Notes: generated by a model not told the origin, from the letters alone. Positions 36,239 through 46,456 are shown, counted from the first letter of the stretch. The stretch: 64,000 nt of DNA from an uncultured Alphaproteobacteria bacterium (GCA_946188105.1 CAMHTQ010000005.1:200-64199), one strand, 5' to 3'. Made by a program: numbers and translations.

Positions 36239-37027
36239 ATGCAATCAGGACTGTATGTTGTTGGAACACCAATTGGTAATTTATCGGATATGTCCCCTAG
36301 GGCAATAGAAGTTTTAAAGGGTGTTGATTTTGTTGCAGCCGAAGATACTCGTGTGTTTGCCAAGTTAGCAAATCATTTTGATATAAAAACAAAATGCGTT
36401 TCTTGTCATGAACATAATGAGAAAAAAGTCGTAGATTCTATTATCGAGAAAATTCAAAATGGGGCTGCGGTGGCGACGGTTTCAGATGCGGGGATGCCTG
36501 GAATCAGTGATCCAGGGTTTCGTATTGTTCGTGCGGCACGTGTGGCGGGGGTTCCTGTATTTATGGTGCCGGGTGCAACTGCGGCAATCTCTGCATTGGT
36601 GTTGTCTGGATTTCCAACAGATAGGTTTACATTTTGTGGATTTTTTGATGAAAAAAAATTACATGATGATAATAAAATCAGACATACTATTATTTATTAT
36701 GAAAGTCCAAATAGGATTATGTCCACAATTGCGGCTTTTGCCAAAGTAATGCCAGAACGTCAGATTGCCATTGTACGTGAAATTACTAAAATTCACGAAG
36801 AAACAATAATCGGATATCCTGCGGATTTAATGCGTATAGAACCACCGCGGGGTGAAATTGTTATTGTTGTCGCACCAGCGCCAGATAAGAAAATGACAGA
36901 CAGTGAAATATCTGAAATTGTTAATGAAATTGCGGTCGGTTCAACAAAATCTTCGGCAGAAATGTTGGCGGCACGTGCTGGGATTTCTAAAAAGGAAGCG
37001 TATAAACGATTGGTTAAAGGAAAATAA
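36239..37027 (+). CDS. rsmI: 16S rRNA (cytidine1402-2'-O)-methyltransferase
   Basis: LYVVGTPIGNLSDMSPRA, AEDTR and ESPNR motifs. Confidence 0.9.
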   Translation: MQSGLYVVGTPIGNLSDMSPRAIEVLKGVDFVAAEDTRVFAKLANHFDIKTKCVSCHEHNEKKVVDSIIEKIQNGAAVATVSDAGMPGISDPGFRIVRAARVAGVPVFMVPGATAAISALVLSGFPTDRFTFCGFFDEKKLHDDNKIRHTIIYYESPNRIMSTIAAFAKVMPERQIAIVREITKIHEETIIGYPADLMRIEPPRGEIVIVVAPAPDKKMTDSEISEIVNEIAVGSTKSSAEMLAARAGISKKEAYKRLVKGK

Positions 37028-37582
37028 ATGATAAAATTTGTTGGATCTTTTGAAACAGTTGAATCTTTACCAAAAACACAATTCGCAGAATATGCTTTTG
37101 TGGGTCGCAGTAATGTTGGTAAATCATCTTTGATAAATGCTGTGGTGGGTGAAAAGGTTGCCAGAACATCTAATACACCGGGACGGACGCAAAGCTTGAA
37201 TTTATTTAATGTAGATGACAAGGTTTTATTGGTTGATTTGCCAGGGTACGGTTATGCCAAGGTGAGCAAAGAATGTGCAATTAAATGGGTGGTCAGATTA
37301 GAAAAATATTTGTTGGCCCGAGACCAATTAAAACGGTTATTTATTTTAATTGATTCACGCGTTGGACCAAAAGAATCTGATTTAGAACTGATGGAATTTT
37401 GTGATAAAAATGGAATTTTATATCAAATAGTTTATACCAAAAAAGATAAAAAGGTTCGTGAAGAAAAACAGATTGATTTATCACATGATAAACATGGGGC
37501 GATGGTGTCTGAAATTTTATATACTTCGGCAGAAAAGAAAACTGGATTAGAAGCCATAAGGAAAATCATTGGTATTAAATAA
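37028..37582 (+). CDS. engB: ribosome biogenesis GTPase EngB/YsxC
   Basis: GRSNVGKSSLINA, DLPGYGYA, TKKDK G-motifs. ATG abuts the rsmI stop. Confidence 0.88.
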   Translation: MIKFVGSFETVESLPKTQFAEYAFVGRSNVGKSSLINAVVGEKVARTSNTPGRTQSLNLFNVDDKVLLVDLPGYGYAKVSKECAIKWVVRLEKYLLARDQLKRLFILIDSRVGPKESDLELMEFCDKNGILYQIVYTKKDKKVREEKQIDLSHDKHGAMVSEILYTSAEKKTGLEAIRKIIGIK

Positions 37583-37613
37583 AAATATTTTTTGCGTAAC
37601 TAATCCAACAAAA

Positions 37614-40082
37614 ATGTTGGATGGATTGTATAAAATTGTATCTGAATCAGGGGTGGAATTATCTGAATGTTTGATTTTTTTACCCAGCAGACGTGCTGTG
37701 CGTGTTGCGGAAAAAATGTTTGCAGAAAAAAATGGTGGTGCGGTTATTTTACCAAAACTGGTCGCTTTGGGCGAGGGTGTTGATTCAGAAGAAATTGTAA
37801 CCCCAGATACATTCAGCAATATGGAACGCATTATATTGTTGGCAAAATTGATATCCCAAGATGTGAATATAAATATATCTGTGGCATTATCGTTGGCGCA
37901 TGATTTTGTGCGTATGCAAGATTATTTGGAAAACGAAGGAATTGATAGTTCCCAGATTCAATGGCGAGAAATTGTTCAGAATTATAAATATCCAGAACAT
38001 TTTGATTTGAAAGCCCAAATGTTAGAAATTTTGACAGGGGTATTACCAACATTGGCAAATGGTCGCAAGACATCTACGCAGATACGAAATGATGATGTGC
38101 GTGCTTGGAAAAATGAAATACAAAAATATCCATTGGTTATAGTTTGTGGTTCTACGGCATCTGTGCCTGTGACGGCTGAATTGATGGTTGAGGTTGCCAA
38201 GTTGCAAAATGGACGGATTATTTTGCCTGGAAAAATAGATGGTCGTGTTCAAGATTTTGCGTTGAATACAAATCCATATAATGCTGAATACAAATGGTTG
38301 TCGCGCATTGGTATTGAAATGGATGATATTATAAAATTAGATTTTGGTGAATCTGATATTGATTTTATGAACTATGCTTTTGGAAATGATACAAATCAAT
38401 ATAGCGGAAATAAAAACTTATGTAATTGCCATTTAATTGAATGTGATAGTGAAAGCATAGAAGCATCAGCGGTGGCCGAAATATGCAAGGATGCGATGCA
38501 ACAAAATAAAACTGTGATGGTGGTTACACCCGATGCTGCGGGAAATCAAAGAATTGCTGCCGCGTTTAATGGGGCAGGGTTAGAGGCCGATTTTTCTGGT
38601 GCAAAAAGTGGGACCGAGACCGAGGCCGGACGTGCTATTTTGAATTTGTTGAATTCTTGGATTGAATCTGAACCAGGTAAGTGGGATGAATTATACAAAA
38701 ATGCGAATTTTAATTTGTTCGATACTGTGGCATCAATGTTGATTAAATATTCAGATGATATGCATCCTGGATTTGAAATTGATTCAACAGAGTCAGGGCA
38801 GGTTTGGTATGCAATAAAAAATCTGTCTGAATGTTTAGAAAAATACGACATTAAATTATCTTGTTTCGAGGCATGTTCATTTATTGCGGATGCTTTGTCT
38901 GGTGTTTCTGTGCGTGATGTTGTAAAGGGTGATGCAAAGATTGTTGTTTTGGGAACTATTGAATCACGTATGCAGACCGCAGATGTTGTTATACTGACTG
39001 GATTAAATGAAGGTATGTTTCCAGCACGTGGATATGAAAATACCTGGTTGCCAGTTCATTTGTCTGATGCCATAGGTTTGCCCAGTCGGGATAGAAAGGT
39101 ATCTTTGATGTCTTTGGATTTTATGAATTTATCATGTGGCCCAAATGTTTATTGGTTAAGAAGTTTGGTTTCGGGTGGTGCAAAAACTACGGAATCCAGA
39201 TTCATATCCAGGGTTGTCGCACGTGGTGGAGAGTTTGATAAAGAAATAGCGGAATCTGTATTACAAAAAGTTAAAAGTGCAGATGTTGTTGAACCTGAAC
39301 CATTGGATAAAACTATGTCGATACCTGATTCAGATTGGGGCGATGTATATGTTACAAAATTGGAAAAATTGATTCATAATCCATATCTGTTTTATGTTTC
39401 ACATATATTAAAGTTGGATCAAAAGAAAGATTGGTGGATGGGTGTGGATGCGCTGGATTTTGGAAATTTGGTGCATTCTGTGATAGAACATGCGACTGAA
39501 TTTTCTGTGGAAAAAACAGTGCGTGCTATGGATTTGGCCGCATTGGATGCTTTGAAAACTGATAACAGAAATAATATGCAGTTCAGATTTTGGCATAAAC
39601 GGTTTATAGAAATAGCACAGTTAGTAGAAGACAATGCTGAATTGTTATCAAAATCTGTACCTGAAAAAGTTGGAAAAGTGTACATAGATGGACAACATAT
39701 TTGTGCCAAGGCCGATAGAGTTTGGGATGGTGGTGTTATGGATATTAAAACAGGTGGAATTCCAACGGACACTCAATTAGAAAATGGCATGATGCCCCAG
39801 TTACCAATCGAGGCATTTATGTTGACTCAAAAAGGATTTGATTGTTTAAAGGCAACTGATAAATCTTTGAATCCAGAAATGGTGTTTATGAAATTAAAAA
39901 ATTTTGATGTCGATATGGTCTGGATCAGAGGCGATCAAGTGCGACAAATGATGGATGCTGCAGTGAATAAAGTTAAAGAGTTAGTGGACAGGTATTGTGT
40001 TGGCAAAATGTCGTATGAATACCTGCCTGTAACAGATATTAAATACAAAGGTTATGAAGATTTAGCAAGAATAGATGATTAG
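37614..40082 (+). CDS. addB: double-strand break repair protein AddB (alphaproteobacterial type)
   Basis: N-terminal IFLPSRRAVRVAEKMF. C-terminal PD-(D/E)XK nuclease motif AKADRVWDGGVMDIKTG. Alternative TTG start at 37569 overlaps engB. Confidence 0.6.
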   Translation: MLDGLYKIVSESGVELSECLIFLPSRRAVRVAEKMFAEKNGGAVILPKLVALGEGVDSEEIVTPDTFSNMERIILLAKLISQDVNINISVALSLAHDFVRMQDYLENEGIDSSQIQWREIVQNYKYPEHFDLKAQMLEILTGVLPTLANGRKTSTQIRNDDVRAWKNEIQKYPLVIVCGSTASVPVTAELMVEVAKLQNGRIILPGKIDGRVQDFALNTNPYNAEYKWLSRIGIEMDDIIKLDFGESDIDFMNYAFGNDTNQYSGNKNLCNCHLIECDSESIEASAVAEICKDAMQQNKTVMVVTPDAAGNQRIAAAFNGAGLEADFSGAKSGTETEAGRAILNLLNSWIESEPGKWDELYKNANFNLFDTVASMLIKYSDDMHPGFEIDSTESGQVWYAIKNLSECLEKYDIKLSCFEACSFIADALSGVSVRDVVKGDAKIVVLGTIESRMQTADVVILTGLNEGMFPARGYENTWLPVHLSDAIGLPSRDRKVSLMSLDFMNLSCGPNVYWLRSLVSGGAKTTESRFISRVVARGGEFDKEIAESVLQKVKSADVVEPEPLDKTMSIPDSDWGDVYVTKLEKLIHNPYLFYVSHILKLDQKKDWWMGVDALDFGNLVHSVIEHATEFSVEKTVRAMDLAALDALKTDNRNNMQFRFWHKRFIEIAQLVEDNAELLSKSVPEKVGKVYIDGQHICAKADRVWDGGVMDIKTGGIPTDTQLENGMMPQLPIEAFMLTQKGFDCLKATDKSLNPEMVFMKLKNFDVDMVWIRGDQVRQMMDAAVNKVKELVDRYCVGKMSYEYLPVTDIKYKGYEDLARIDD

Positions 40083-40849
40083 TCTAATTCCAGCATTAAA
40101 CCACAATGGTCGGTTGGTTTGTCTGCGGTTCTGGGACATAAATCTATTTCGCAATTTTTAACCATTTTGGCGGCTGTTTTATTGCACAAGAAATAATCTA
40201 AACGCAAACCTTGTTTGTTTCCAACGGTGTCACGACCGCGGTATCCGTACCATGTATAATCTTGGGCATCGGGATGTAATTTACGCCATGCATCCATCCA
40301 GCCGGAATCCAGCCATGTTTGCATTATTTCACGGGCAGCAGGTGCCGAAATAGATGAACCAATATAATTTTTAGGATTCCAAATATCACGATCTGTTATT
40401 GCAACATTAAAGTCGCCAGCGATAATTACGGCCTCGGGCGAATTTAAATATGGGGCAATATGTTTTGTAAATGCGTTCATCCATTCTAATTTATAGGCGA
40501 ATTTTGGAGATTCTATGTTATCCCCATTTGGCATATATGTATTTATAACACGAATACGGCCGTCCAAAACGCATTCGATAACCCTGGAATTCACATCTGG
40601 ATAATTTGGAATTCCAAATGTTACATCTTCGATAGAATATTTTGAAAAAATGGCGACCCCATTCCACGATTTTTGCCCAAAAATCTTGATGTTATAGCCA
40701 AATTCGTCAAATAACATAAACGGAAAGTTTGCGTTTTCAACTTTTAATTCTTGAACCAAGATTGTGTCGTATTCACCACTACGCAGAATGTCCATAAAAC
40801 TTGTCACGTGTGCACGTATAGAGTTTATATTTAGTGTTAGTATTTTCAT
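40079..40849 (-). CDS. xthA: exodeoxyribonuclease III
   Basis: EEP-fold motifs LQELK, GDFN, TDHCGLMLEL. 256 aa. Confidence 0.9.
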   Translation of the reverse strand: MKILTLNINSIRAHVTSFMDILRSGEYDTILVQELKVENANFPFMLFDEFGYNIKIFGQKSWNGVAIFSKYSIEDVTFGIPNYPDVNSRVIECVLDGRIRVINTYMPNGDNIESPKFAYKLEWMNAFTKHIAPYLNSPEAVIIAGDFNVAITDRDIWNPKNYIGSSISAPAAREIMQTWLDSGWMDAWRKLHPDAQDYTWYGYRGRDTVGNKQGLRLDYFLCNKTAAKMVKNCEIDLCPRTADKPTDHCGLMLELD

Positions 40850-40851
40850 AT

Positions 40852-40880
40852 TTGCTTTTCCTTGTTTCTGTGATTATAAT
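40852..40880 (+). promoter_or_regulatory. sigma70-like promoter (TTGCTT-17 nt-TATAAT) for the acyl-CoA synthetase operon
   Basis: Consensus -10, 39 nt upstream of ATG 40919. SD AAGGAAA follows. Confidence 0.45.
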
Positions 40881-40918
40881 ATACCCCGTCCAATATAAAA
40901 AAAACAAGGAAATTTACT

Positions 40919-42499
40919 ATGAGTATGAATAGTATGTTAGAAACAGCGGTCCAGCAATGGCCAGAGAACCTGTTTTTAGTACGTGAGGGGATTACGTATT
41001 CTGCGTTTATGGAAATGGTAAAAGCACGTGCGGTAACGCTGATGGAACACGGCATTGGTGTCGGGGATACAGTCGGTGTGTTATCACATAATATTCCTCA
41101 ATTTCCGCTCACATTGTTTGCAATATGGTATATCGGGGCGCGGGCCTTGATGTTGGATACAAATTTGACACCATTTGAGTATGATAATATGGCGAAAGTT
41201 GCTGGATGTAAATATGTCTGTGCAGAAACGTCTTTTTTCTATAAAACAGATGTGTTCAAATTTATCGAGATTACCGCCAAAGACGGCAATCCAAATCCAA
41301 TGTTGCGTCCGTACGAGTTCAAAGATGATGATATTGCGACTTTGTCTTTTACATCTGGTTCAACCGGCAATCCAAAGGTTGTGCCATTGACGCACTATAA
41401 TTTAACAGAGTGTGCAAATTCATTAGAAGATATGTCTGAATATTTTGGTTCTGGGGATGTCATGTATGGCTTTTTACCATTGTATCATATATTCGGGTTT
41501 TCTATTGGAATTTTGGCAACTGTACATTTTGGTGCAGGAATTGTGTTGCAGCCAACGGTTAATCCGAAATACATTTTGGATGATTTTAAAAAATTCCGTC
41601 CACATGTTATTCCGGCTGTTCCACGTTTGTGGGAATTATTTAGAAATAAAATCATGGATACTTTAAAAGCACAAAAAAAGTGGCGTATTGTGGAATTTAT
41701 TTTACGCAATCGTGAACGTATCTCGGATATGGGATTGGGATTTTTTGTGCGTAAAGTCCAAGAACCTATTTTGGATATTTTCGGTGGACGTGTGAGATTG
41801 CTGATTGCGGGGGGTGCGGCAACCAAGCCCGAGGTTGAAACTTTTTATGAAAGTTTAGGATTGGCATTTATCCAAGGATATGGTTTAACAGAAACAGTTG
41901 GACCAATCTGTATTTCTAAACCAAATAAAAAGCGTATGGCTTTTTCTGTGGGTGCGCCAACAACAAATAACGAATGTGAAATTCGTGATAAAGATGAAAA
42001 TGGTGTTGGTGTTTTGTGGTTGCGTGGTCACCAAGTATTTGGCGGTTATATGAATAACGATGATGCCAATAAAGAATGTTTTGATGATAAAGGATTCTTT
42101 AATACTGGGGACATGATGTATATGGACAAAAATGGCGAATTACATTTTGCTGGTCGTAAAAAACAAATCATTGTTTTGGATTCTGGTAAAAATGTTTATC
42201 CCGATGAATTAGAGGCATTGTTCTTGGATATTCCAGGGGTAAAAAATGTTGCTGTATTTGAACACAAGGTAAAAGGTAAAACTGTTGCATACGGTGTATT
42301 TAGCGTTGATGCGGACATGACAATGGAAAAGTTGGCTGATGCAGTTGCCGAGGCAAATAAAAAGGTTGCATCATATAAATGGGTTACCCATTTTGCGATG
42401 ACAACAGACGATTTGCCAATGACATCTACACAGAAAATAAAACATCATATTGTTCGCAAGAATTTGATTGATGGTAAATATCCAATAAGACATGAATAA
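40919..42499 (+). CDS. AMP-dependent synthetase/ligase (long-chain acyl-CoA synthetase, FAA1/COG1022-like), paralog 1
   Basis: SFTSGSTGNPKVVPLTH, GYGLTET, TGD, GRKKQIIVLDSGKNVYPDELE, TSTQKIKH adenylation motifs. Confidence 0.85.
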   Translation: MSMNSMLETAVQQWPENLFLVREGITYSAFMEMVKARAVTLMEHGIGVGDTVGVLSHNIPQFPLTLFAIWYIGARALMLDTNLTPFEYDNMAKVAGCKYVCAETSFFYKTDVFKFIEITAKDGNPNPMLRPYEFKDDDIATLSFTSGSTGNPKVVPLTHYNLTECANSLEDMSEYFGSGDVMYGFLPLYHIFGFSIGILATVHFGAGIVLQPTVNPKYILDDFKKFRPHVIPAVPRLWELFRNKIMDTLKAQKKWRIVEFILRNRERISDMGLGFFVRKVQEPILDIFGGRVRLLIAGGAATKPEVETFYESLGLAFIQGYGLTETVGPICISKPNKKRMAFSVGAPTTNNECEIRDKDENGVGVLWLRGHQVFGGYMNNDDANKECFDDKGFFNTGDMMYMDKNGELHFAGRKKQIIVLDSGKNVYPDELEALFLDIPGVKNVAVFEHKVKGKTVAYGVFSVDADMTMEKLADAVAEANKKVASYKWVTHFAMTTDDLPMTSTQKIKHHIVRKNLIDGKYPIRHE

Positions 42500-42511
42500 A
42501 AAGGACATAAT

Positions 42512-44092
42512 ATGACTTTATATGATTTGTTAGAAGAAAATATCAAGAAAGATCCTAAATTAGTTTTCTTGGTGCGCGAAAATATTACTTTTGAAGATTT
42601 TCCAAAGTATATCAAGGCACGTGCCGCTACATTGGCAAAAGAGGGTATAAAGGCCGGTGATGTTGTTGGTTTGTTGTCACATAATCTACCACAATTTGTG
42701 TACACTTTGTTCGCAATTTGGTATCTGGGTGGCAAGGTTTTATTGTTGGATACAAACTTGACATCTATTGAATATGAAAATATGACAACACTTACAGATT
42801 GTAAATTCGTTGTTGCTGAAAAATCTTTCTTTTATAAAACCAAGAACTTTAAGTTCATTGATATAGAAACAGAAGATAAAGATAGTGGTGAAGATATTAA
42901 ACGTTACAAGGTCAAAGATGATGATATTGCAACATTATCATTTACATCGGGTTCAACTGGAACACCAAAGATTGTGCCATTGACACATAAAAATTTGGTT
43001 TCTTGTTCAGAAAGTTTGGAAAGTTTGAGCATATTCTTGCGTCATGGCGAGGTTATGTATGCTTTCTTGCCTTTGTATCACGTGTTTGGTTTTGCTGTGG
43101 GATTTTTGGCACCAATGCATTTTGGTATGGGAATCTTGTTGCAATCGACAATCAATCCAAATGCAATTTTGCAAGATTTTGCTACATATAAACCACAAGT
43201 TATTCCTGCGGTTCCAAAATTGTTCGAAATATTCCGCAAGAAAATTATTGATGGCGTCAAGGCAAAGAAAAAATGGTGGTTGGTATCATTTATTATGAAA
43301 CACCAGAAGGGTTTGCGTATGATTGGGTTGGGCAAATTGGTTGATAAAGTTTTAGGTCAAATCAATTCTGTATTTGGTGGTCGTGTACGTTGCATGGTTG
43401 CAGGTGGTGCGGCGACCAAGCCAGAGGTTGAAAATTTCTATAATAAATTAGGAGTTGCCTTTGTTCAGGGTTATGGTATGACCGAAACCGTTGGACCAAT
43501 CTGTTGTTCTAAACCATTGAAAAAACGTGTGCCATTTGCATTTGGGGCACCATTAGGTCAATGTTGTTGCGAAATTCGTAATGCAGATGAAAATGGTATT
43601 GGTATGTTGTGGGTCAAAGGCGACCAGGTGTTTGGTGGCTATTTGAATAATGACGAGGCCAATAAAGAATGTTTTGATAAAAACGGATTCTTCTGCACTG
43701 GTGATTTGGTATCCATTGATAAAAATGGTGAATATCACTTTGCGGGGAGAAAGAAACAAGTGATTGTTTTGGATTCTGGTAAAAATGTTTATCCTGATGA
43801 ATTAGAAGGATTATTCATTGAAATCCCAGGGGTAAAAAATGTCGCTGTGTTTGAACACGAGGTCAAAGGTAAAACTGTTGCATATGGTGTATTCAGTGTA
43901 GATCCAGACATGACATTAGAAAAACTGGGTGCGGAAATTGCAGAAAAGAATAAAAAGGTTGCATCGTATAAATGGGTTACTCATTTTGCTATGACAACCG
44001 ATGACTTGCCTGTAACCAGTACGCAAAAAGTAAAACATCATGTTGTACGGAAATATTTGATGGATGGTAAATATATCGAAAAAGGTCTGTAA
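42512..44092 (+). CDS. AMP-dependent synthetase/ligase, paralog 2
   Basis: Same motif set, collinear with paralog 1 over the full length. 12-nt spacer after paralog 1. Confidence 0.85.
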   Translation: MTLYDLLEENIKKDPKLVFLVRENITFEDFPKYIKARAATLAKEGIKAGDVVGLLSHNLPQFVYTLFAIWYLGGKVLLLDTNLTSIEYENMTTLTDCKFVVAEKSFFYKTKNFKFIDIETEDKDSGEDIKRYKVKDDDIATLSFTSGSTGTPKIVPLTHKNLVSCSESLESLSIFLRHGEVMYAFLPLYHVFGFAVGFLAPMHFGMGILLQSTINPNAILQDFATYKPQVIPAVPKLFEIFRKKIIDGVKAKKKWWLVSFIMKHQKGLRMIGLGKLVDKVLGQINSVFGGRVRCMVAGGAATKPEVENFYNKLGVAFVQGYGMTETVGPICCSKPLKKRVPFAFGAPLGQCCCEIRNADENGIGMLWVKGDQVFGGYLNNDEANKECFDKNGFFCTGDLVSIDKNGEYHFAGRKKQVIVLDSGKNVYPDELEGLFIEIPGVKNVAVFEHEVKGKTVAYGVFSVDPDMTLEKLGAEIAEKNKKVASYKWVTHFAMTTDDLPVTSTQKVKHHVVRKYLMDGKYIEKGL

Positions 44093-44094
44093 GC

Positions 44095-45669
44095 ATGAAT
44101 ATGTACCAGTTCTTTGAACAGACAATGGAAAAGTGTCCTGATACACTTTTCCTTGTCCGAGAAAATATAAAGTTTGCGGATTTTCCAAAATTGGTCAAGG
44201 CGCGTGCCACAACACTTAAAAATGCAGGCGTGGTTGCCGGTCAAACGGTTGGTGTGTTGGCACATAATATTCCAGAATTTATTATCACTTTGTTTGCTAT
44301 TTGGTATCTGGGTGGACGTGTTCTGTTGTTGGATACAAATTTAACACAAACAGAATATGATAATATGACTAAACTTACATGTTGCGAGTTTGTCGTTGCC
44401 GAGGAATCTTTTTTCTATGATGCAAAAGGTTTTAAGTTCTTTGATATTCAAACCAAAGATAACGACGTGGATGAGGATTTAATGCCATACCCGTTGGATG
44501 CAAATGATATTGCAACATTATCATTTACATCTGGGTCAACTGGAACACCAAAGATTGTACCACTGACACATTTTAATTTAATAGAGTGTGCAAATTCGTT
44601 TGATGATTTTAACGAGTGGTTTGAAAAGGGTGGGGTTCTGTATGGATTTTTGCCTCTGTACCATATATTTGGCTTTGCGGCAGGATTCTTGGCACCGTTG
44701 CATTTCCAAATGGGAATTTTATTGCAACCTGCAATAAATCCAAAATTGATTTTGGCTGATTTTAAAGAATACAGACCACATGTTATTCCATCTGTTCCAA
44801 AAATGTGGGAATTGTTCCGCAAGAAAATTATTGAAGAAATCAAGGCACAGAAAAAATGGTGGTTGGCATCGTTTATATTGAAAAATCAAACATGGTTAAA
44901 GAAAATTGGTTTGGGATTTTTGGTTCGCAAACTTCAAAATGCTGTCAAGGCGGTGTTTGGTGGTCGTGTGCAGTTGATGATTGCAGGTGGGGCGGCAACC
45001 AAGCCCGAGGTTGAAACATTTTATAACCAATTAGGAATCGCATTTATCCAAGGTTATGGTATGACGGAAACGGTGGGACCATTTTGTGGTTCGCGTCCGT
45101 TGAAAAAACGTATTCCATTTGCGTTTGGAAAACCACTGGGGGCAAATGAATGTGAAATTCGTGAAAAAGATGCGTCTGGTATTGGTATGTTGTGGGTTCG
45201 TGGACATCAGGTGTTTGGCGGTTATATGAATAATGACGAAGCAAACAAAGAATGTTTTGATGAACGTGGATTTTTCAAAACAGGTGATTTGGTGTTCATG
45301 GATAAAAATGGTGAATTGCATTTTGCAGGTCGTAAAAAACAAGTGATTGTTTTGGATTCTGGTAAAAATGTTTATCCTGATGAATTAGAAGCATTATTTA
45401 TGGATATACCGGGTGTTAAAAATGTTGCCGTATTTGAACATGTTGTGGGTGGTAAAACCGTTGCATATGGTGTGTTTTCAGTAGAGCCAGATATGACCGC
45501 GGAAAAATTGGCGGATGCAGTTGCCCAGGCAAATAAAAAGGTTGCTTCATATAAATGGGTTACACATTTTGCAATGACAACCGATGATTTGCCAATGACA
45601 TCTACGCAAAAGGTTAAACATTTTATGGTTAAACAAAATTTGATAGACGGTAAATATACAGAGGTATAA
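44095..45669 (+). CDS. AMP-dependent synthetase/ligase, paralog 3
   Basis: Same motif set. ATG 2 nt after the paralog 2 stop. Confidence 0.85.
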   Translation: MNMYQFFEQTMEKCPDTLFLVRENIKFADFPKLVKARATTLKNAGVVAGQTVGVLAHNIPEFIITLFAIWYLGGRVLLLDTNLTQTEYDNMTKLTCCEFVVAEESFFYDAKGFKFFDIQTKDNDVDEDLMPYPLDANDIATLSFTSGSTGTPKIVPLTHFNLIECANSFDDFNEWFEKGGVLYGFLPLYHIFGFAAGFLAPLHFQMGILLQPAINPKLILADFKEYRPHVIPSVPKMWELFRKKIIEEIKAQKKWWLASFILKNQTWLKKIGLGFLVRKLQNAVKAVFGGRVQLMIAGGAATKPEVETFYNQLGIAFIQGYGMTETVGPFCGSRPLKKRIPFAFGKPLGANECEIREKDASGIGMLWVRGHQVFGGYMNNDEANKECFDERGFFKTGDLVFMDKNGELHFAGRKKQVIVLDSGKNVYPDELEALFMDIPGVKNVAVFEHVVGGKTVAYGVFSVEPDMTAEKLADAVAQANKKVASYKWVTHFAMTTDDLPMTSTQKVKHFMVKQNLIDGKYTEV

Positions 45670-45684
45670 ACAAGGAGAATTTGT

Positions 45685-46032
45685 ATGAAAAAATTATTTT
45701 TGATTTTGCCTGTTGCAGTATTGGCTGCATGCAGCAGTGAACAAAAAACTTTGGTATCTGGGTGTGAAAAAATTATTGCCAGTGAAACGGGTGGTGATAT
45801 TTATAAATGCCCAATGACCGAAGAATTTGTTAAAATTCAAGCAATGGATGCGGATTCTATGTTCGGTTCGATTGATGGGTTGGATATGGCTAATGTGATT
45901 TTTGATACAGAACATGCATATGTTAATGTATATGGCACATGTGAAAATCCAAAACAGGTTCAATATCGTGTAATGGTAAGAAATTTAAAGATTGATGGCG
46001 ATGCTATGTATGCGGTATCAATCTGTAACTAA
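45685..46032 (+). CDS. small lipoprotein, paralog A (115 aa)
   Basis: Lipobox VLAAC. Shares the conserved motifs GCE, YKCPMTE, DSMFGS, AYVNV with the next gene. Confidence 0.65.
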   Translation: MKKLFLILPVAVLAACSSEQKTLVSGCEKIIASETGGDIYKCPMTEEFVKIQAMDADSMFGSIDGLDMANVIFDTEHAYVNVYGTCENPKQVQYRVMVRNLKIDGDAMYAVSICN

Positions 46033-46051
46033 TTAAACAAAGGAGAAAAAT

Positions 46052-46408
46052 ATGAAAAAATTACTTTTAATTTTGCCAGTTATGGCTTTGACTGCATGTG
46101 GTCACGAAGCAAATACATATGTTGATGGTTGTGAAAGGATTGCAGAACGTAACTTAGGTGGTAATATTTATAAGTGTCCAATGACAGAAGATTTGGTCGC
46201 AATCAAAGCGATGGAAGCAGATTCTATGTTTGGTTCGCATAAAGGTTTGGATGTTATCGCAGCGGCGGCTGATACAGAAAATGCTTATGTAAATGTATTT
46301 GGTGGAAAATGTGAAACTAAAGGCCAAGTTTCATATCGTGTTATTGTGACTACACCAAAGGCACTGGATAATGGAAAAACATACTATGCAGTAGAAGTAT
46401 GCCGTTAA
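46052..46408 (+). CDS. small lipoprotein, paralog B (118 aa)
   Basis: Lipobox ALTAC. Collinear with paralog A. Confidence 0.65.
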   Translation: MKKLLLILPVMALTACGHEANTYVDGCERIAERNLGGNIYKCPMTEDLVAIKAMEADSMFGSHKGLDVIAAAADTENAYVNVFGGKCETKGQVSYRVIVTTPKALDNGKTYYAVEVCR

Positions 46409-46430
46409 TTTGTTGTTGAAATGTAAAAAA

Positions 46431-46456
46431 AACCGCCGTTCCGGCGGTTTTTTATT
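46431..46456. terminator. bidirectional rho-independent terminator
   Basis: CCGCCG-TTC-CGGCGG flanked by A8 and T6 runs. Confidence 0.75.
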
